Shown: one piece after another, positions 49,690-63,045 of the stretch | Position numbering within the stretch: position 1 is the first letter of the stretch | How the letters are laid out: every line of letters begins with the position of its first letter | Assembly (NCBI GenBank): GCA_964016885.1 | Contig: OZ024740.1 | Coordinates: 342,860,001-342,924,000, forward strand | Origin: Eledone cirrhosa | Lineage: Eukaryota | Direction: 5' to 3' | DNA: 64,000 nt | Notes under the pieces: model-generated | Databases searched by the model: none | Told to the model about the DNA's origin: nothing | What the model saw: only the letters and a program-made list of their open reading frames with translations | Translations under genes and position numbers: made by a program

Positions 49690-50366
49690 AAAGAGCAAAA
49701 CTGGAAGAAAGTCGTGGAATAGGACAAAATATTTTGGGGATGGAAAAGACCATGTTTTTGATGTCAGAAAGTAAACTAATGAATCAAGTGAGAGTGATTA
49801 GGAAGAAGGGTTGGTAGAGATATCTCAGATTAGTGAATGCTTAATGGAACCTGCAGACAAACAATAAAGGAAGATTGGGGTAGAAAATGAAGTTGTTTCT
49901 GCAGTTGAAGGCAGAGAGAAGAATAGGCAACAAACAGGAAAATTATGATGAGTCTGTAAGGGTTGTTGAAGAAGAAATCCTGATATTGAAGTTGGGTATT
50001 ACTGAGAAGGATGATGCAAGAATGATGTAGCTTGCCCAGGAAATCATCACATCAATGGTAAAGAAAACAAGAAAATTGTAAATTATACTGACTTGAGAAG
50101 AGATGTTGAGCGAATGTGGAATATGAAAGTAAGAGTGGTACTAATTGTGATTGGAGCACTTGGGTAAATGACAAAAAAAACCTTCAAAAACATCTTGATT
50201 CATTTGGAATCAGTTTCAGCATTACAACATTGTAAAAACACTTTGGGGAACAGCAAACAACCTGCAGAAAGTACTGTTTATCGAAGGTTACATAACTTGA
50301 TAGGGGTCAGTTAAGTGATCCAGTGTTACTATGATCATCATTGTGCAAATGAAGGAATAATAATAA
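49690..50366 (+). mobile_element. Decayed R4/Dong-like non-LTR 3' end (REL endonuclease)
   Basis: Translation ~50025-50165 DVACPG...KENKKIVNYTDLRRDVERMWNMKVRVVLIVIGALG fits the R4-type REL motif; (TAA)n tail. Confidence 0.7.
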
Positions 50367-50790
50367 TTACTGCATTAACAATGGTTAACAAAATAAACAG
50401 AAAATGGTTCATTACAGGCCTTTGCTTTCAACATTGGTAACCAATTTTGAATTTTCTAAGTGTCAGTGTTATAGATATAAGAGTTATAACAAATAATTAT
50501 GGTGAAAATAAGTCACTTTGAAAGATACCTCTTTTGATTTCTACTTCTCCAAGAAAGACATTGCTCATGTACAACTTGGTCTTCCACTCCGATATACTAT
50601 TCAGAAGAAACTTAATGATGTTGTCAGCAATACCAAACATCTGCAGGCATTCAAGAATCCATCAGTATCAACTGCAGAAAACACAATGCTGATAATTGTT
50701 CTTCAGTAACGTAACCATTGATTATATTATAAAATACATTTATATAGTATATTTATAAGTTTATATTTTTACTGGGTGCCTGCTGTTTAA

Positions 50791-50992
50791 CTCTTTAAGC
50801 ATTTACATTACTCTATATTTACTATTATATTTTCACGGTAAAGAGTTTACCTCACTGAATCTATGAGATTTTGATATTATCTATTTTGAGAACAATATCT
50901 TAACACCAGTATGAGAGACCAGTTACAGCCGATTTGAACAGAAAGAGGTGAGAGAATTCTGGCTGGATACGTCCAATTTAAATGCTAAGGGG
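50791..50992. mobile_element. piggyBac-type MITE
   Basis: TTAA flanks and imperfect CTCTTTAAGCATTT/AAATGCTAAGGGG termini; same family as 31809-32004. Confidence 0.75.
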
Positions 50993-51660
50993 TTAAAAGA
51001 CTTGATTTTTTCATGGGTTAAAAATATAAAAATAATTGAATATATAATAAATGATGATAAAATAGTGGAATGCCTCAATTGAATCTTTACCATGGTAGTT
51101 TGATGTTTCTAATCTTCAAGATCTAATCTTGCTGAAGTTTTCTGACAGACAAAATTAATTAACAAACTAATTTTATGAACTAAAACTGGATTTTATAAAA
51201 TAACCATAAAATTAGTCCTGTATCATTGTCTAGGCTTAATTTTCTATTTAACAACAGGGTCAGCACTACGATTAAGGCCAACTAGACAGCTACCTAAGGT
51301 ACAGACCCTAGAGTGATGCATTACTGGATCTTAAAGGATCATAGTTTTATACAAATTTTTATAATTAACTTAATTATATAATAATTTCCTGTGATCAAGA
51401 AATAAATCACTAAATATCTTTGCCATGCAGTAATGTTATAGAAATATCCAAAGAGATGGAGAGGATCATATGATTTTACGACCTGTCACATGATTTGGCA
51501 AGGGTATGTGTGGACAGTGTAGTGGAAAATGCTGGCTAATTAATTTTCTTAATGTGATCAAGGCAAGAAGTGTCAAAAACTATGTTTGTAATCTAAATGC
51601 CCAGTTCTTGAATATATTTCAGTACAATTACCTTTACTTCTTTTTTTTTTCTTATTTCAG

Positions 51661-52806
51661 TTCCTAAATATATCAAACATTGATGAATACCTGGAAGGTC
51701 TTAGTGCCCAGTCAGCCAAACGAATTCTTGCTGTTGTTTTATACCTGATACTACTGATGTTCATTGGAACTTTCGGCAATGCTCTTGTTTTATATGTCTA
51801 CAGTTTCCGCTTTAAGCGATCATCTTCTGTATATTTTATCATATCTTTGGGAATATTTGACTTATTAGCCTGTCTTATTGCTATACCAGTAGAGGTCTAT
51901 GATATCCAACATAAATATACCTTTTATTCATCGATTGGATGTACACTAGTTCGAAATTGTGGTTCTTTTGTTCAATATTCTTCTGTTTATGTTTTAGTTG
52001 GGGTAGCTATAGATCGCTATATCAAGATATGCTATCCTCTAAAAATGATATCTCCCAAGAAAATAAAATGGATGTGTTTTGGAGCAGCAATTGCTGGAAT
52101 GATTTCAGCAGCACCAACTCTTTTACTGTATGGCATAAAACAAGAGAAAACTAATTACTCAGGAATTTATGGGGGTAATTGTTCTATTGCCCAAAAGTAT
52201 CACAGGACTCTCTTTGAAATGATATATTTCTTGTTAATGTCTGCAATCTTTGTTGCTTGTGTGTTGTTGATGACAATTTTATACAGTCTCATATGGTGCA
52301 CAGTAAAACGTCGTCGTGGTTCAGTTATTGGTGATTCAGTGAGAAAAACTAGTGAGTCAGATAGCACCAGACGTATGTATTTCAAAAAGCAATCTAGTGT
52401 CACCAGTGATGATGATAACAATTCAGTCTTTTTGCCAAATAACCATAAATCATCTGGGAAACGGCTTCGAAGAAGAATGAGTAGTGTTTCTGCTGCTTTA
52501 AAAAAAATCAAAGTAACACGTACAACAGTTCTACTTTTTGCTGTCACTCTTGCCTTTATTTTGAGTTATTTTCCATCAGTCATTGCTATGGTTTATTTGA
52601 AGGAAAAAATACATAAATATGAGTTGCTTTATACATTTTGTGTCAAATTTTCCTTCATGAATAATGCCATAAACCCCGTAATTTACAGTTTTCTAAATGT
52701 AAACTTCAGAATTGAATGCAAAGAATTGTTGAAAAAGTTTTACTGTGGTAAAATCAAACCTCCTTCAAGACAGACATCAATGGAAACAGAAGAAGATGTG
52801 AAATAA
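51661..52806 (+). CDS. Class A (rhodopsin-like) GPCR, peptide-receptor-like orphan; terminal coding exon
   Basis: Seven hydrophobic segments; GN (TM1), LGIFD (TM2), Cys atop TM3, DRY, ECL2 Cys, FILSYFP (TM6), NPVIY (TM7), helix 8 NFR. Polypyrimidine tract + AG at 51659-51660, and the frame is open from 51661 (FLNISNIDEYLE...), upstream of the ORF-track ATG. Confidence 0.93.
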   Translation, partial: FLNISNIDEYLEGLSAQSAKRILAVVLYLILLMFIGTFGNALVLYVYSFRFKRSSSVYFIISLGIFDLLACLIAIPVEVYDIQHKYTFYSSIGCTLVRNCGSFVQYSSVYVLVGVAIDRYIKICYPLKMISPKKIKWMCFGAAIAGMISAAPTLLLYGIKQEKTNYSGIYGGNCSIAQKYHRTLFEMIYFLLMSAIFVACVLLMTILYSLIWCTVKRRRGSVIGDSVRKTSESDSTRRMYFKKQSSVTSDDDNNSVFLPNNHKSSGKRLRRRMSSVSAALKKIKVTRTTVLLFAVTLAFILSYFPSVIAMVYLKEKIHKYELLYTFCVKFSFMNNAINPVIYSFLNVNFRIECKELLKKFYCGKIKPPSRQTSMETEEDVK

Positions 52807-53117
52807 ACCTAACAGTTCTTAGAAAGATCAGTGCACAATTGTCTTAGTATGGACACTTCCATGTTAATAATGTAACAGTGCAGAAAAAGTGTAATATTAC
52901 TATTATATGAAAGCACTACATTAATGTTTAGATTATTTTATTCTTATGAAATCATATTGGCATTAAAAAGTAAAATAATTTTATCTACAAGCCTCCATAC
53001 CCAGCATGGTCACAGCCAACTGATAGAAACAGTAAAAGATATGCAAGAAGTCTTAGCTTATTAAAGGAGGAGACATTTGAAATGCTGACATCGATGCCTT
53101 TCCCTATACTTTGAAAC

Positions 53118-53257
53118 ACAGAGTTACGGCCCTTGCCATTCTGAGTTCGAATCCCACCGCGGTTAACTTTGCCTTTCATCCTTATGGGGTCGATAAAATA
53201 AAGTACCAGTAATGCACTGGGTAATTGCTGGCCTTGTGCCAAAAAGTAGAAACAATT
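53118..53257 (+). mobile_element. 5'-truncated family A SINE downstream of the GPCR stop
   Basis: Matches ~62800-62940. Confidence 0.85.
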
Positions 53258-54141
53258 AATGACATAAATGGAAAGAAAAGGATCTAAATTGTAATTAAAA
53301 CTGAACTGCAGGCATATTGCTACAGAGCATACACTGTAACAAACACAATCAAATATATACAATGTGCATCTAATTCTCACAAAATTAAAAGAAAAGAAAC
53401 TAACAAAAATACCTAGCTTCTTATATATGGACAAGAAATACATCAACCAAATATTATTTAGAATACTGTACTTGCTTCAGTAATCTACATTCTATATATT
53501 TTACTGGCACTCTTCAATTTCTGATCTCCTGTATATTACATTCTACCACTTTGCCATTTCTACATATATTGATTTCTTATTTAGGTACAAAGCCAGCAAA
53601 TTTGGAGGAAAGACAAAGTTGATTAAATCAATTCTAGTACTTGACTGGAAAGATGAAAGGCAAAGCTGACCTCAGCAGGATTTGAACATAAAATGTAAAG
53701 AGCTGTAACTACATAGCATTTTGTCTGAGAGTCTAACAATTTCACCAATCCACCATCTTGCCATTTTTACTTATAATAAGATGGATTCTGCTCTTCAGTT
53801 TGCAGCCACACATTATAAGCAGTCAAATGCTTCCCTATACTTCTTGATTTTTATATTGATATGAAACATTTTATGTTTCTCTAAATTTAGAAGACTTCCA
53901 CTGTGTGGTGATTACTTTGCATTATATGAACACTAAACATTCAATTTTTAGGCTCAGTATTAATTTCATCTTCCATGCCATATGTAATGGGTAAAATCTC
54001 TCTTTTCTGTCTTCTTAAAATTTACAAAAATTTATAAATATCAATGCATTGAGAAAATCTCTCTTAACAGGAACAATCGAAGGGAGAAAATATAAAATTC
54101 CTCCATGAATTTTGTGTGAATACTGATCCTTGCAATTATTA

Positions 54142-54318
54142 AATAATTGTTTCTATTTTTAGCATAAGGCCAGCAATTATCCCAGTGCATTACTGGTACT
54201 TTATTTTATCGACCCCGTAAGGATGAAAGGCAAAGTTAACCTCGGCAGGATTTGAATTCAGACCGTAAAGGGACGTAACTCTATGCTGCAAAGCATGGCA
54301 TCCAACCCTCTACTGATT
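54142..54318 (-). mobile_element. Family A SINE (an older copy also at ~53572-53755)
   Basis: Matches 62283-62464. Confidence 0.85.
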
Positions 54319-55009
54319 GAATAATGTTCTTATGCATGCACATCAGAAACACTTAACTAATTCTTTATCAATTTTTTTTTCAATCAAATGGAAAATGAAA
54401 TACAAAATGTATTTTGGAAAGGTCACTGAAAGGGACTGCTATAAAACAATGAAATAAGCTTTCTTATTTCCTCAACAATCTTGGAATTTATTATGAAATA
54501 TTGACAAATTCTTTGTTTATATTAAAATCTTTTCCAGGAATAAAATATGCATTTAGATTAATATAACTCATGCTGAGTTCCTATATGTTTCAAGTGTATA
54601 CTTGTTTGACCATTGAATATTTGTTGTGTAGAAAGAGGAAGAGGGGCTAATATCGCAGGGAAACCAAAAGTACAAGGACATATCAGTTCAAAGAGGACTT
54701 GCTAATTCAAAATGAGATTAAGATTTCAAAATTAGGCTTTATGACTTGAAAGTGAGAATAGTGATTTCAAAATGAGATAACACAAAAGGTTTTGACTATG
54801 ATATTTTCAAAGAACAGAGTATGAAATAACATCATGATATGATTTGTAATGTCAAAAATGTAAACTTGCCTTATGATATAAGTTTTATCAGCAAAGTAAA
54901 GAAGCAAACAACTAATCTTGTGGTTGAAATATCTGTATTTTCAGTTGTAAGCATAGCAATCTCTGAGTTAACTGCAAGCAATGTTAGAGGCTTGTGTCTT
55001 CTTATTTAA

Positions 55010-55309
55010 TCTTTTAGCATTTACACTACTCTATATATACTATTATATTTTCATGGTAAAGGCTTTACCTCACATAATTATCTCACATGATATCTTGCAT
55101 AACATTTACATTACTCTATATATACTATTATATTTTCATCATAAAGGCTTTATCTTATATAATTATCTCACATAATATCTTGAGATTTTGATATTATTTA
55201 TTTTGAGATCAATACCTTAACATCAGTATGAGTGGCCAGTTACGGTCAGTTTGAACAGAAAGAGGTGAGAGAATTCTCGTCAGAAATGGCCAGTTTAAAT
55301 GCTAAAGAA
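55010..55309. mobile_element. piggyBac-type MITE with internal duplication
   Basis: TTAA flanks; CATTTACA..ACTCTATATATACTATTATATTTTCAT repeated internally. Confidence 0.72.
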
Positions 55310-55507
55310 TTAATGTTCACCTGATGTTGTTTGTCTAGGTATTACAAAAACACTGTTCAAAGATTAAGCAATTTAACTCTCAAATGATTAGATGCTATAC
55401 TGTGTGTAAAAATCTGTTTGTGCAACAATATTAGAAGCCCCACATTTCATCAGATTTTATCAATGCAATAAGTCTTTAGAAAACAAGCTGTTATGATTGC
55501 GATTTAA

Positions 55508-55715
55508 CCCTTTAGCATTTACATTACTCTATATTTACTACTGTATTTTCATGGTAATGGCTTTATCTCACATAATATCGAATTTATGAGATTTTGATAT
55601 TATTTATTTTGAGAACAATACCTTAACATCAGTATATGTAGTCAGTTATGGCTGGTTTGAAGAGAAAGAGGTGAGAGAATTCTGGCCAGATATGGCCAGT
55701 TTTAATACTAAAAGG
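55508..55715. mobile_element. piggyBac-type MITE
   Basis: TTAA-CCCTTTAGCATTT...AATACTAAAAGG-TTAA. Confidence 0.8.
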
Positions 55716-57599
55716 TTAAGAAGGGCAGTTTTTCTGTTTTGTTTTGTTTATAAAATTGTGGGGCTTCTAATATTCTCCAACTGATAAAATCTTCCCTGCT
55801 ACATTTTCTTTCTGAGAAGATTCATTATGTATTCATAGCTAATGAAACCTAGTAAGTTTAAGTTTTAAGTGACATGAGCTCACTATGAAATCATTATCAT
55901 CACTTTGAAGTTGTATCTCCCACTTTCAAGTGATATGTACTCACTTTGAAATCATTATTCTCATTTTGATTTGACATGTGCACATTTTGAAATCATTATT
56001 CTCACTTTAAACTGATATGTCCCCATTTAGAACTATAAATGCTGTACTTGTTATGCCCCTTTTAGGGCCAATCCTCTGCTTTCAATTCTTACCAACATCC
56101 ACATTTCAAATGAATCACAAACTTATGTTGCATACACAAGCAACCTACTCCTGATTAATTTTTCATTAGATCTTTGTTATTTAGGATCTCATTGCATCAG
56201 GAAGAAAATTACAAGAAATCATTAAGAAACATAAAAGCATTATGTAAAATGAAAGAACCTCATGGTCTTTTACAGGATATAACCCCATTCCTAGCCATCT
56301 CAGCTCAGATTTACTCCTCTGGTTCATTTGAAAGGTCACCTTATTCACCCAGATTATATAAATCCTGTGAGAGATTATCTCTCAAAAATCTTTTATACAA
56401 ATATCATTGGACATAATGCAATTCCTATCATACAACATGCAAAACTAATTTCATACTGTTTTAAAACCAGTAAATCACATAATTTCATTGTATCTTTAAT
56501 CAAATTCTGTAGATATCTTTTGTCTCTTCTAAAAGAATAAAAAATATAAACAAATATTTGTGTTGTGTTAACTAACTTATATTCTCACTGGTTTTTGATA
56601 TTGATACTAAATAATAATTCATGTGTTGGGTCGAACCCATGCAAGCACAGAGAATAAATGTCAAGTTGTGATGATGATGCTGATATTGATGATGCGTATA
56701 ATTAGGTGTCAGATGAGGCCTGTGAGGGTGCTTGCTTGTTTCAGTGTCTTAGCCTTGCCATCAGCCATGGTAATGCTGTGAGTGTGTTGGCTTGCCTCAA
56801 AGTCTTTAATTAACCCCTAAGATGTGAGGTGTGGCTGATTGTCGCACTTGGTGGTTAATTGTCCACCCCCTTTTTTTCCTTTATTATTATAGTTCAATAA
56901 GGTATATAAATGCTATTTTCATAATAAAACTTACTTTATACAATAACAATTCAGTCGACTAGCAAAAGTTACTAGTAAGAAATGTTGGTTTCTCTCAACA
57001 GTATAAAACTACAATTGGAGTAGAAGGGTGTACTTTATTGAATTGGTTTTGCTATGTCATTGGTATTTATTTATCTATCCTAGGGTTAACATAAAATAAA
57101 TACAAAAAAAAAGAGTGTTATTGGAGGAGTCTCTGCATAATGTCTCATCCTTCCAGCAGCCGATTCTCCTACTGTCTTAAGAATATTCTTAGATGAAGAG
57201 TCATCTTAACAGCATTATAGACCCCTGAGCAAAGTAATGCACTCCACAACAACAACCTACATTGATTAGTATTTGGTCCCTACACATGACAGGCCCTGAT
57301 CAAAGTAATGTATTGGGGCCTTTACATACACATCCACAGCATATATTGATTAGCATTAGACTCCTAAACCCAGTGGGCCCCTGTTCAAAGCAATGTACTG
57401 GAGCCCCTACATACACAACCACAGCATACATAGATTAGCATGGAGCCCTTAGAACCAGTGGGTGCCTGGGCAAATACCCAGTGTGACTGCCTTAATAAAT
57501 TGTGATTGAATGAGATGCTCAAAGCTAAAATACATTGGCTCAGAAATTAATTGATCAGAGATGACCTGTGGCTAAACAACACCTAAATACAAATAATTT

Positions 57600-59010
57600 T
57601 AATAATAATAATAATGAAATTATTGTGTACAGTGCTCAGGTGCACAACTCATCAAAGATGCATGTATAGTACATAGAATAATATACAAATGTCAGGGAAG
57701 TGAATAGTGTATTAGTCATGATATACATGTGTGCGTGTGTATGGAGGGGGAACATTAGGTGTAGTGTTGGCGAATCTCAGGAAGCATGGAGGTTTTAAAG
57801 TATACAGTGTCTCGACAGCTAATAACTGATGCAGGTAGTTTGTTCCATGCTTTAGCAACTCTGAGCATGAAAAGATGTTTCCGAAAGTCATAGGAGCTGT
57901 GCTGTTTTCTGACTTTGTGGGCATGCCCACGTGTGTTAGACACATGGAAATCAAAAAGGAACTCAGTGTTGTTGTTGGCAAGATGGTTAATAACGTTGTG
58001 GGTGTTTACCAAGTCAGTTGCCAGACATTGGAGCTTCAATGTATCCATGCCCAGGGAAGCGAGGCTTTCAGAGTATGGTAGATGCCTGATGGAGGGTATT
58101 CGCCTGGTTGCACGTCTCTGAACAGTTTCCAGGCGGTCACTGTTCTGAGCAAGATAGGGGTTCCATACTGGTGATGCAAATTCCAAGTGTGGCCGCACCA
58201 TTGCTATATACAGCCTTAAATAGATGGCTGGAGAGCGGCTGACAAAGGTCTTGTTGAGTGATGCTAAGCCACCCTCGGCCTTCTTGACAATTTTAGAGAC
58301 GTGCTTCGTCCAATGCAAATCGCTGCTGACAGTAATGCCCAGGTCACGTTCACAAGATGACTTCTTGATATTAGTGTTGTGGAGGGAGTATGTGGGCACT
58401 GGGTTTTTACTCCCAAAATGCATGGTGGTACACTTGTCCACAGCCAACTTGAGTTGCCAGTCCGTGATTCAGTGTTGTATTGTGTCCAGGTCAGATTGCA
58501 GGCAAGATCTATAGTGTTCAGGATCTGTCCTTTTTATCTCAAGCTACAGCTTGATGTCATCTGCATATTTCAGTACTGTGGCATTCTTTAAGTTGGCATC
58601 TATGTCATTAATATATGCCACAAACAAAAGGGGGCCAAGAACAGATCCCTGTGGTACACCAGATGACATCTCATACGGTGAGGAATGCTGTCCTAGAACC
58701 ATGACTACCTCTCTTCGACTGAGAATGAAGAACTTCAACCAGTTAAAAAGATAATCCTTCACACCCATTGCTGAGAGTTTTGCCATAAGTCTTTTGTGTG
58801 GCACAGAATTGAAAGCTTTAACAAAGTCAAGGTAGACAACATCCACCCACGAGCTGCCATCAGTGATCCGGGTGATGTCTTCAAGAAACTCGATAAGTTG
58901 ATCACAGTAGCTGGAGTTAGGGATAAATCCAAATTACGCGGGCTGGATAAGACTGTGAGAGTTCCAAAAGTTCCAAAGTGTTTCTCTGATACAGGATTCC
59001 ATATGTTGTA
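57600..59010 (-). mobile_element. CR1-like LINE, 5'-truncated, RT pseudogene
   Basis: DVVYLDFVKAFNSVPH, SGVPQGSVLGPLLF, KYADD (58544-58846); ERDLGI, RPHLEFASPVWNPY, QRRATR (57755-58447); (ATT)n tail. Confidence 0.92.
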
Positions 59011-59902
59011 ACATTACATTTGTTCCTGTGTTATTCGCACATCCATGGATGCACTTTAGAGTCTCTAAATAGTGTACTACAGATGTTCTTGTACCCATTA
59101 CACCACAAACCCTTCTGTAATAGAGCAGAATACAAATCCGAGTTTGTTGCTAGTCCCATACAGTCGAATTCTGCTCAACCCGCATGATAAGCCTCACCAC
59201 TATGAAGATAATTATTCACATTACACTCAAAGCCTATCACTATGTCATGGGGACTTCATAGATTAATATGAGTCAAAGGATTCTAAAGAGTTTCACATGT
59301 TGGTAAACCCAATGTTTGAATCTTCATAGGGACCCAGACCCTATCGACAGCTCTTAACCAGCCTTCCAGATTGGCACTGGTTGCTCTGATGGAGTCTGTG
59401 TCTGTTGACAACCTTTCCAAGACTCTTCATTGTTTATTTTTTCTGTGATTAATGGGATTAGAACTTGCCTCCATATAGAGCAGAACTTGTCAGTCACATA
59501 ACATCTCTTCAAACCGAAAACTCTATGTCATTTGTAAATATATTCTGAATATTTATGTAATTATATCCTAGAAATAAATTATTAAAATATTCTTATCTTA
59601 AATCACTTCCACATGTCAGTAATCAACATAAACTATAGAATTTCTATTATACAAATTATTAATTTATCAAATACTAATTTCTCAGTTTTTATGATTATTT
59701 ATATATGCAGTAATATTGGTATATATTGCATGCCAATCCTGGACTCTAAAAATTAAATACGTTCAATGCTATTGTAATTATTGATGGTACGGGTCCATTG
59801 AAGAATAAATATCGAAGGGGACTATATCATGGTAGACAACTCTTTTGAAGAATTTTGTAAAGTATTAAAATAGTTACTTCCCTTGAATAAAATTATCTAT
59901 AT

Positions 59903-62174
59903 CAGGGTTTCCCAGCCTGGGCGATGAGTAACTAAAAAGAAAATGATAGGCGATTGTAAATTTTGGTGGGTGATATAAGTTTTTGACTATTAAGAAGGTA
60001 TTTCAACATATGCTACCCCAAAAAATATTCAAATGATATAAGCAAAGAAAGTGTATAAATAACAAAAAACAAACAAACAAAAAAAAAAACGAAGGGAAAA
60101 CAGGAGGCTAAATGGTAACAACTGGACCACATAGCGCCAAACAAGGAAGATTTTGGTTTTTCAGTAGTTTTAAGAAGGGTCATTAACATTCAAATAGTTC
60201 TTCGGACGAAATAACATTGTAAAGGGAAAGCCAAGAACAACTTTGCCAGTAAAATTAAGAAGTAACCGCAAGATAAACTCACCAACACTATCAACACCGA
60301 TAGATTAAACATAAAATTAAAACAGGCGATGACCTCTAAGAGCTCTGACGACATGTCGTAGACAAAACGCCGTGGACGACAATGCTCGACAAAATATGAG
60401 AATCCCAAGATGGGACCAGCTCAATGCGCATGTTCGTATAAACAAACAGTCACTTAAAGTTATTGGATTGTATTAATCACCAAGTGATGGCAAATCTCTT
60501 GTGACCCTTGTATTTGTGGATTATTGAAAACGGACTTCGAATAACAATATAACTTGGTGAACGAAAATTTTGTTATCTATTTTTCCAACTATTTTCTGTG
60601 TATTGTACGAGTTTTAAACACATCAATGTCTGCATTTAAGAAAATTTGTCGCCAATACAACGTTGTTTATTTATCTTATGGGTTTATCGCTTCTCCTCAA
60701 TGTCTTATGTGCAACCAAATATTAAGCAACGAAGCTATGATACCTTCATGCTTAAAATATCATTTATATTCTAAGCATCCTGACTAGAAGGAAAAACCTT
60801 AGTCATATTTCTTACAACTAAAGACTTCATTCGAAAAGCGGAGACACATTGATCTCGGAATTACAGAAAGCAACAACGTAGCAGATGATCGTGTCGCACA
60901 ACGTTGCGTTACTGGTTGCAATGGCCGGTAAATTCCGCACTCTAGGAGAAACATTACGACCTGTTATTGAAGAAGTTCTCTCGACACAGCTGACACAGTT
61001 ATGAAGACAATTCCATTAAGTAATAACACAATTTCCCCGATATATACATGAAATGGTCACCGACGTCAAATACCAGCTCATTCATAAATCTCGGGAGTTC
61101 TGTATTTTCCATACACATTGACGATCAACAGTTGCCAATGCTTGATGATGACATGTGTTCATTTTTTTAAAATGAAAATATTCGACCGTGGTAGGAGATG
61201 CTATTCACCGATCAATTGTTCCTTGACTAAAAATGTATGTCTATTTTAGATTTATTGAAGTTATTTTTTTAATGAGCATAACATCCCATTGAACAATATT
61301 GTTGCCCATGCATCTGATGGAGTGCCTGCTATAGTAGGTAGATACACAGGTTTCTCTTTTCTCTTAAAACTTGAATTTTCGCATTCTGTTTTAATTGTTC
61401 ACTGTGTGACACACCAGCAGCAATTAGTGAAAAAAATATCGAGGGCAGGCTTAGAGTTAGTTACTTAAACCTGAACAAGCTAAAATCGAATTCTTTGAAC
61501 GAATTTTCCATCAACTCTGCCTATGTGATGCTCTTTTACCATACTGAAGTACGATGGTTGTCAAAAGGCGAGAGTGTTGTCCATTTTTTCGAACTGTTTG
61601 ATATAATAATTTGTTTTCAAAGCCCTTTAACAGCCCCTTTTCTGATTACTTCTAAATACGATATTTTTTCCTTAGTGAAATATTCGCTAAAACTAGCCTT
61701 GACCATAAAACTAAATTATATTCTTTATAATTAAATTTAATACAATAGTTTTAAATAGTCACGTTTGTTTATATTTGTTCTTTAATACAATATCATCATT
61801 AGCAGCATCCGCATAAGTCAGTGGATTGGCAGTATCAGTAGAGGGTCGGACGCCATGCTTTGCAGCATAGAGTTACGACCCTTAACGGTCTGAGTTCAAA
61901 TCCCGCCGAGGTTGACTTTGCCTTTCATCCTTACGGGGTCGATAAAATAAAGTACCAATAATGCACTGGAATAATTGCTGGCCTTGTGCCAAAAGCATAA
62001 ACAGTTATATGTTACCTACATTTAGTATTTTTTTTACTACATCATATAAAGTCAGTTTATTTACCAATAACAAATTTACAAAACATTTTTGGTATGCTTT
62101 TGAATATTTACTATATAGGTGGGCGGGGGCAAATGTTTTCCATGTGAAAGACGCAAAAAGGTTGGGAACCCCTG
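59903..62174 (+). mobile_element. hAT (Buster/Charlie, ZBED5/SCAND3-like) DNA transposon relic
   Basis: TIRs CAGGGTTTCCCAGCCT / AGGTTGGGAACCCCTG; transposase remnants RQYN..YLSYGF..PQCLMC..LSNEAM.PS.L..HL..KHP, SDG.PA..G, HC..HQ..L, HTEVRWLSKG; many stops. Confidence 0.85.
61821..61996 (+). mobile_element. Family A SINE nested in the hAT relic
   Basis: GTGGATTGGCAGTATC head, GAGTTCAAATCC B box. Confidence 0.88.
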
Positions 62175-62282
62175 ATATCTCTCTCTCTCATATATATATG
62201 TATATATATCTAGTCAAACTTAAATGTTCTATAGAAAATAATTATTTTATTAAAATGTATTTTATGCTACTTAACTTATAAC

Positions 62283-62464
62283 TGTTTCTACTTTAGGCAC
62301 AAGGCCAGCAATTACCCAGTGCATTACTGGTACTTTATTTTATCGACCCCGTAAGGATGAAAGGCAAAGTTAACCTCGGCGGGATTTGAACTCAGATCGT
62401 AAAGGGACGTAACTCTATGCTGCAAAGCATGGCGTCCGACCCTCTACCGATACTGCCAATCCAC
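62283..62464 (-). mobile_element. Family A SINE, full length with TSD
   Basis: 11-bp duplication TAACTTATAAC at 62272-62282 and 62465-62475. Confidence 0.9.
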
Positions 62465-62751
62465 TAACTTATAACGAATGTTCAAAATAATCCGTGATCA
62501 GACAAGAAATATCTTTTGTTTTGTGTTTTCGACATTCGCTACTATTTTTTTATATTTTCTACTAACAATTTTTTCTGCTATTTTCTAGCATAATGAATTC
62601 TTTACAAAAATTGCACAAATGCTTAAATATATGTCAGTTTAAAAATCAAGCTCTGTCATTTTCCTAAAGATAAATGCTCGATAGTTATCTCCCCTCGTGC
62701 TACTTAGAAACGTAAGATGCTGTAATTCTATAGACTAATATTTTATTTCGT

Positions 62752-62937
62752 GATGGATTGGCAGTATCGGTAGAGGGTCGGACGCCATGCCTTGACGCGT
62801 AGAGTTACGGCCCTTGCCATTCTGAGTTCAAATCCCGCCGAGGTTAACTTTGCCTTTCATCCTTACGGGGTCGATAAAATAAAATACCAGTAATACACTG
62901 GATAATTGCTGGCCTTGTGCCAAAAGTAGAAACAATT
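62752..62937 (+). mobile_element. Family A SINE, full length with TSD
   Basis: ATTTTATTTCGT duplicated at 62740-62751 and 62938-62949. Confidence 0.9.
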
Positions 62938-63045
62938 ATTTTATTTCGTAAACATAATTAATAACAAAAAAGGAACAGGCATGCACACCCCTTCAATTAA
63001 ACACTACATCAGGGAATGTTGGTGTTACCCTCTGAAAATTTTGAG

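Noticed and set aside
57215-57480. Degenerate ~70-bp tandem repeats (CCCTGA.CAAAGTAATG...ATTGATTAG)
   Set aside because: Real but highly diverged; probably the subterminal region of an old DNA transposon, with no function assignable.
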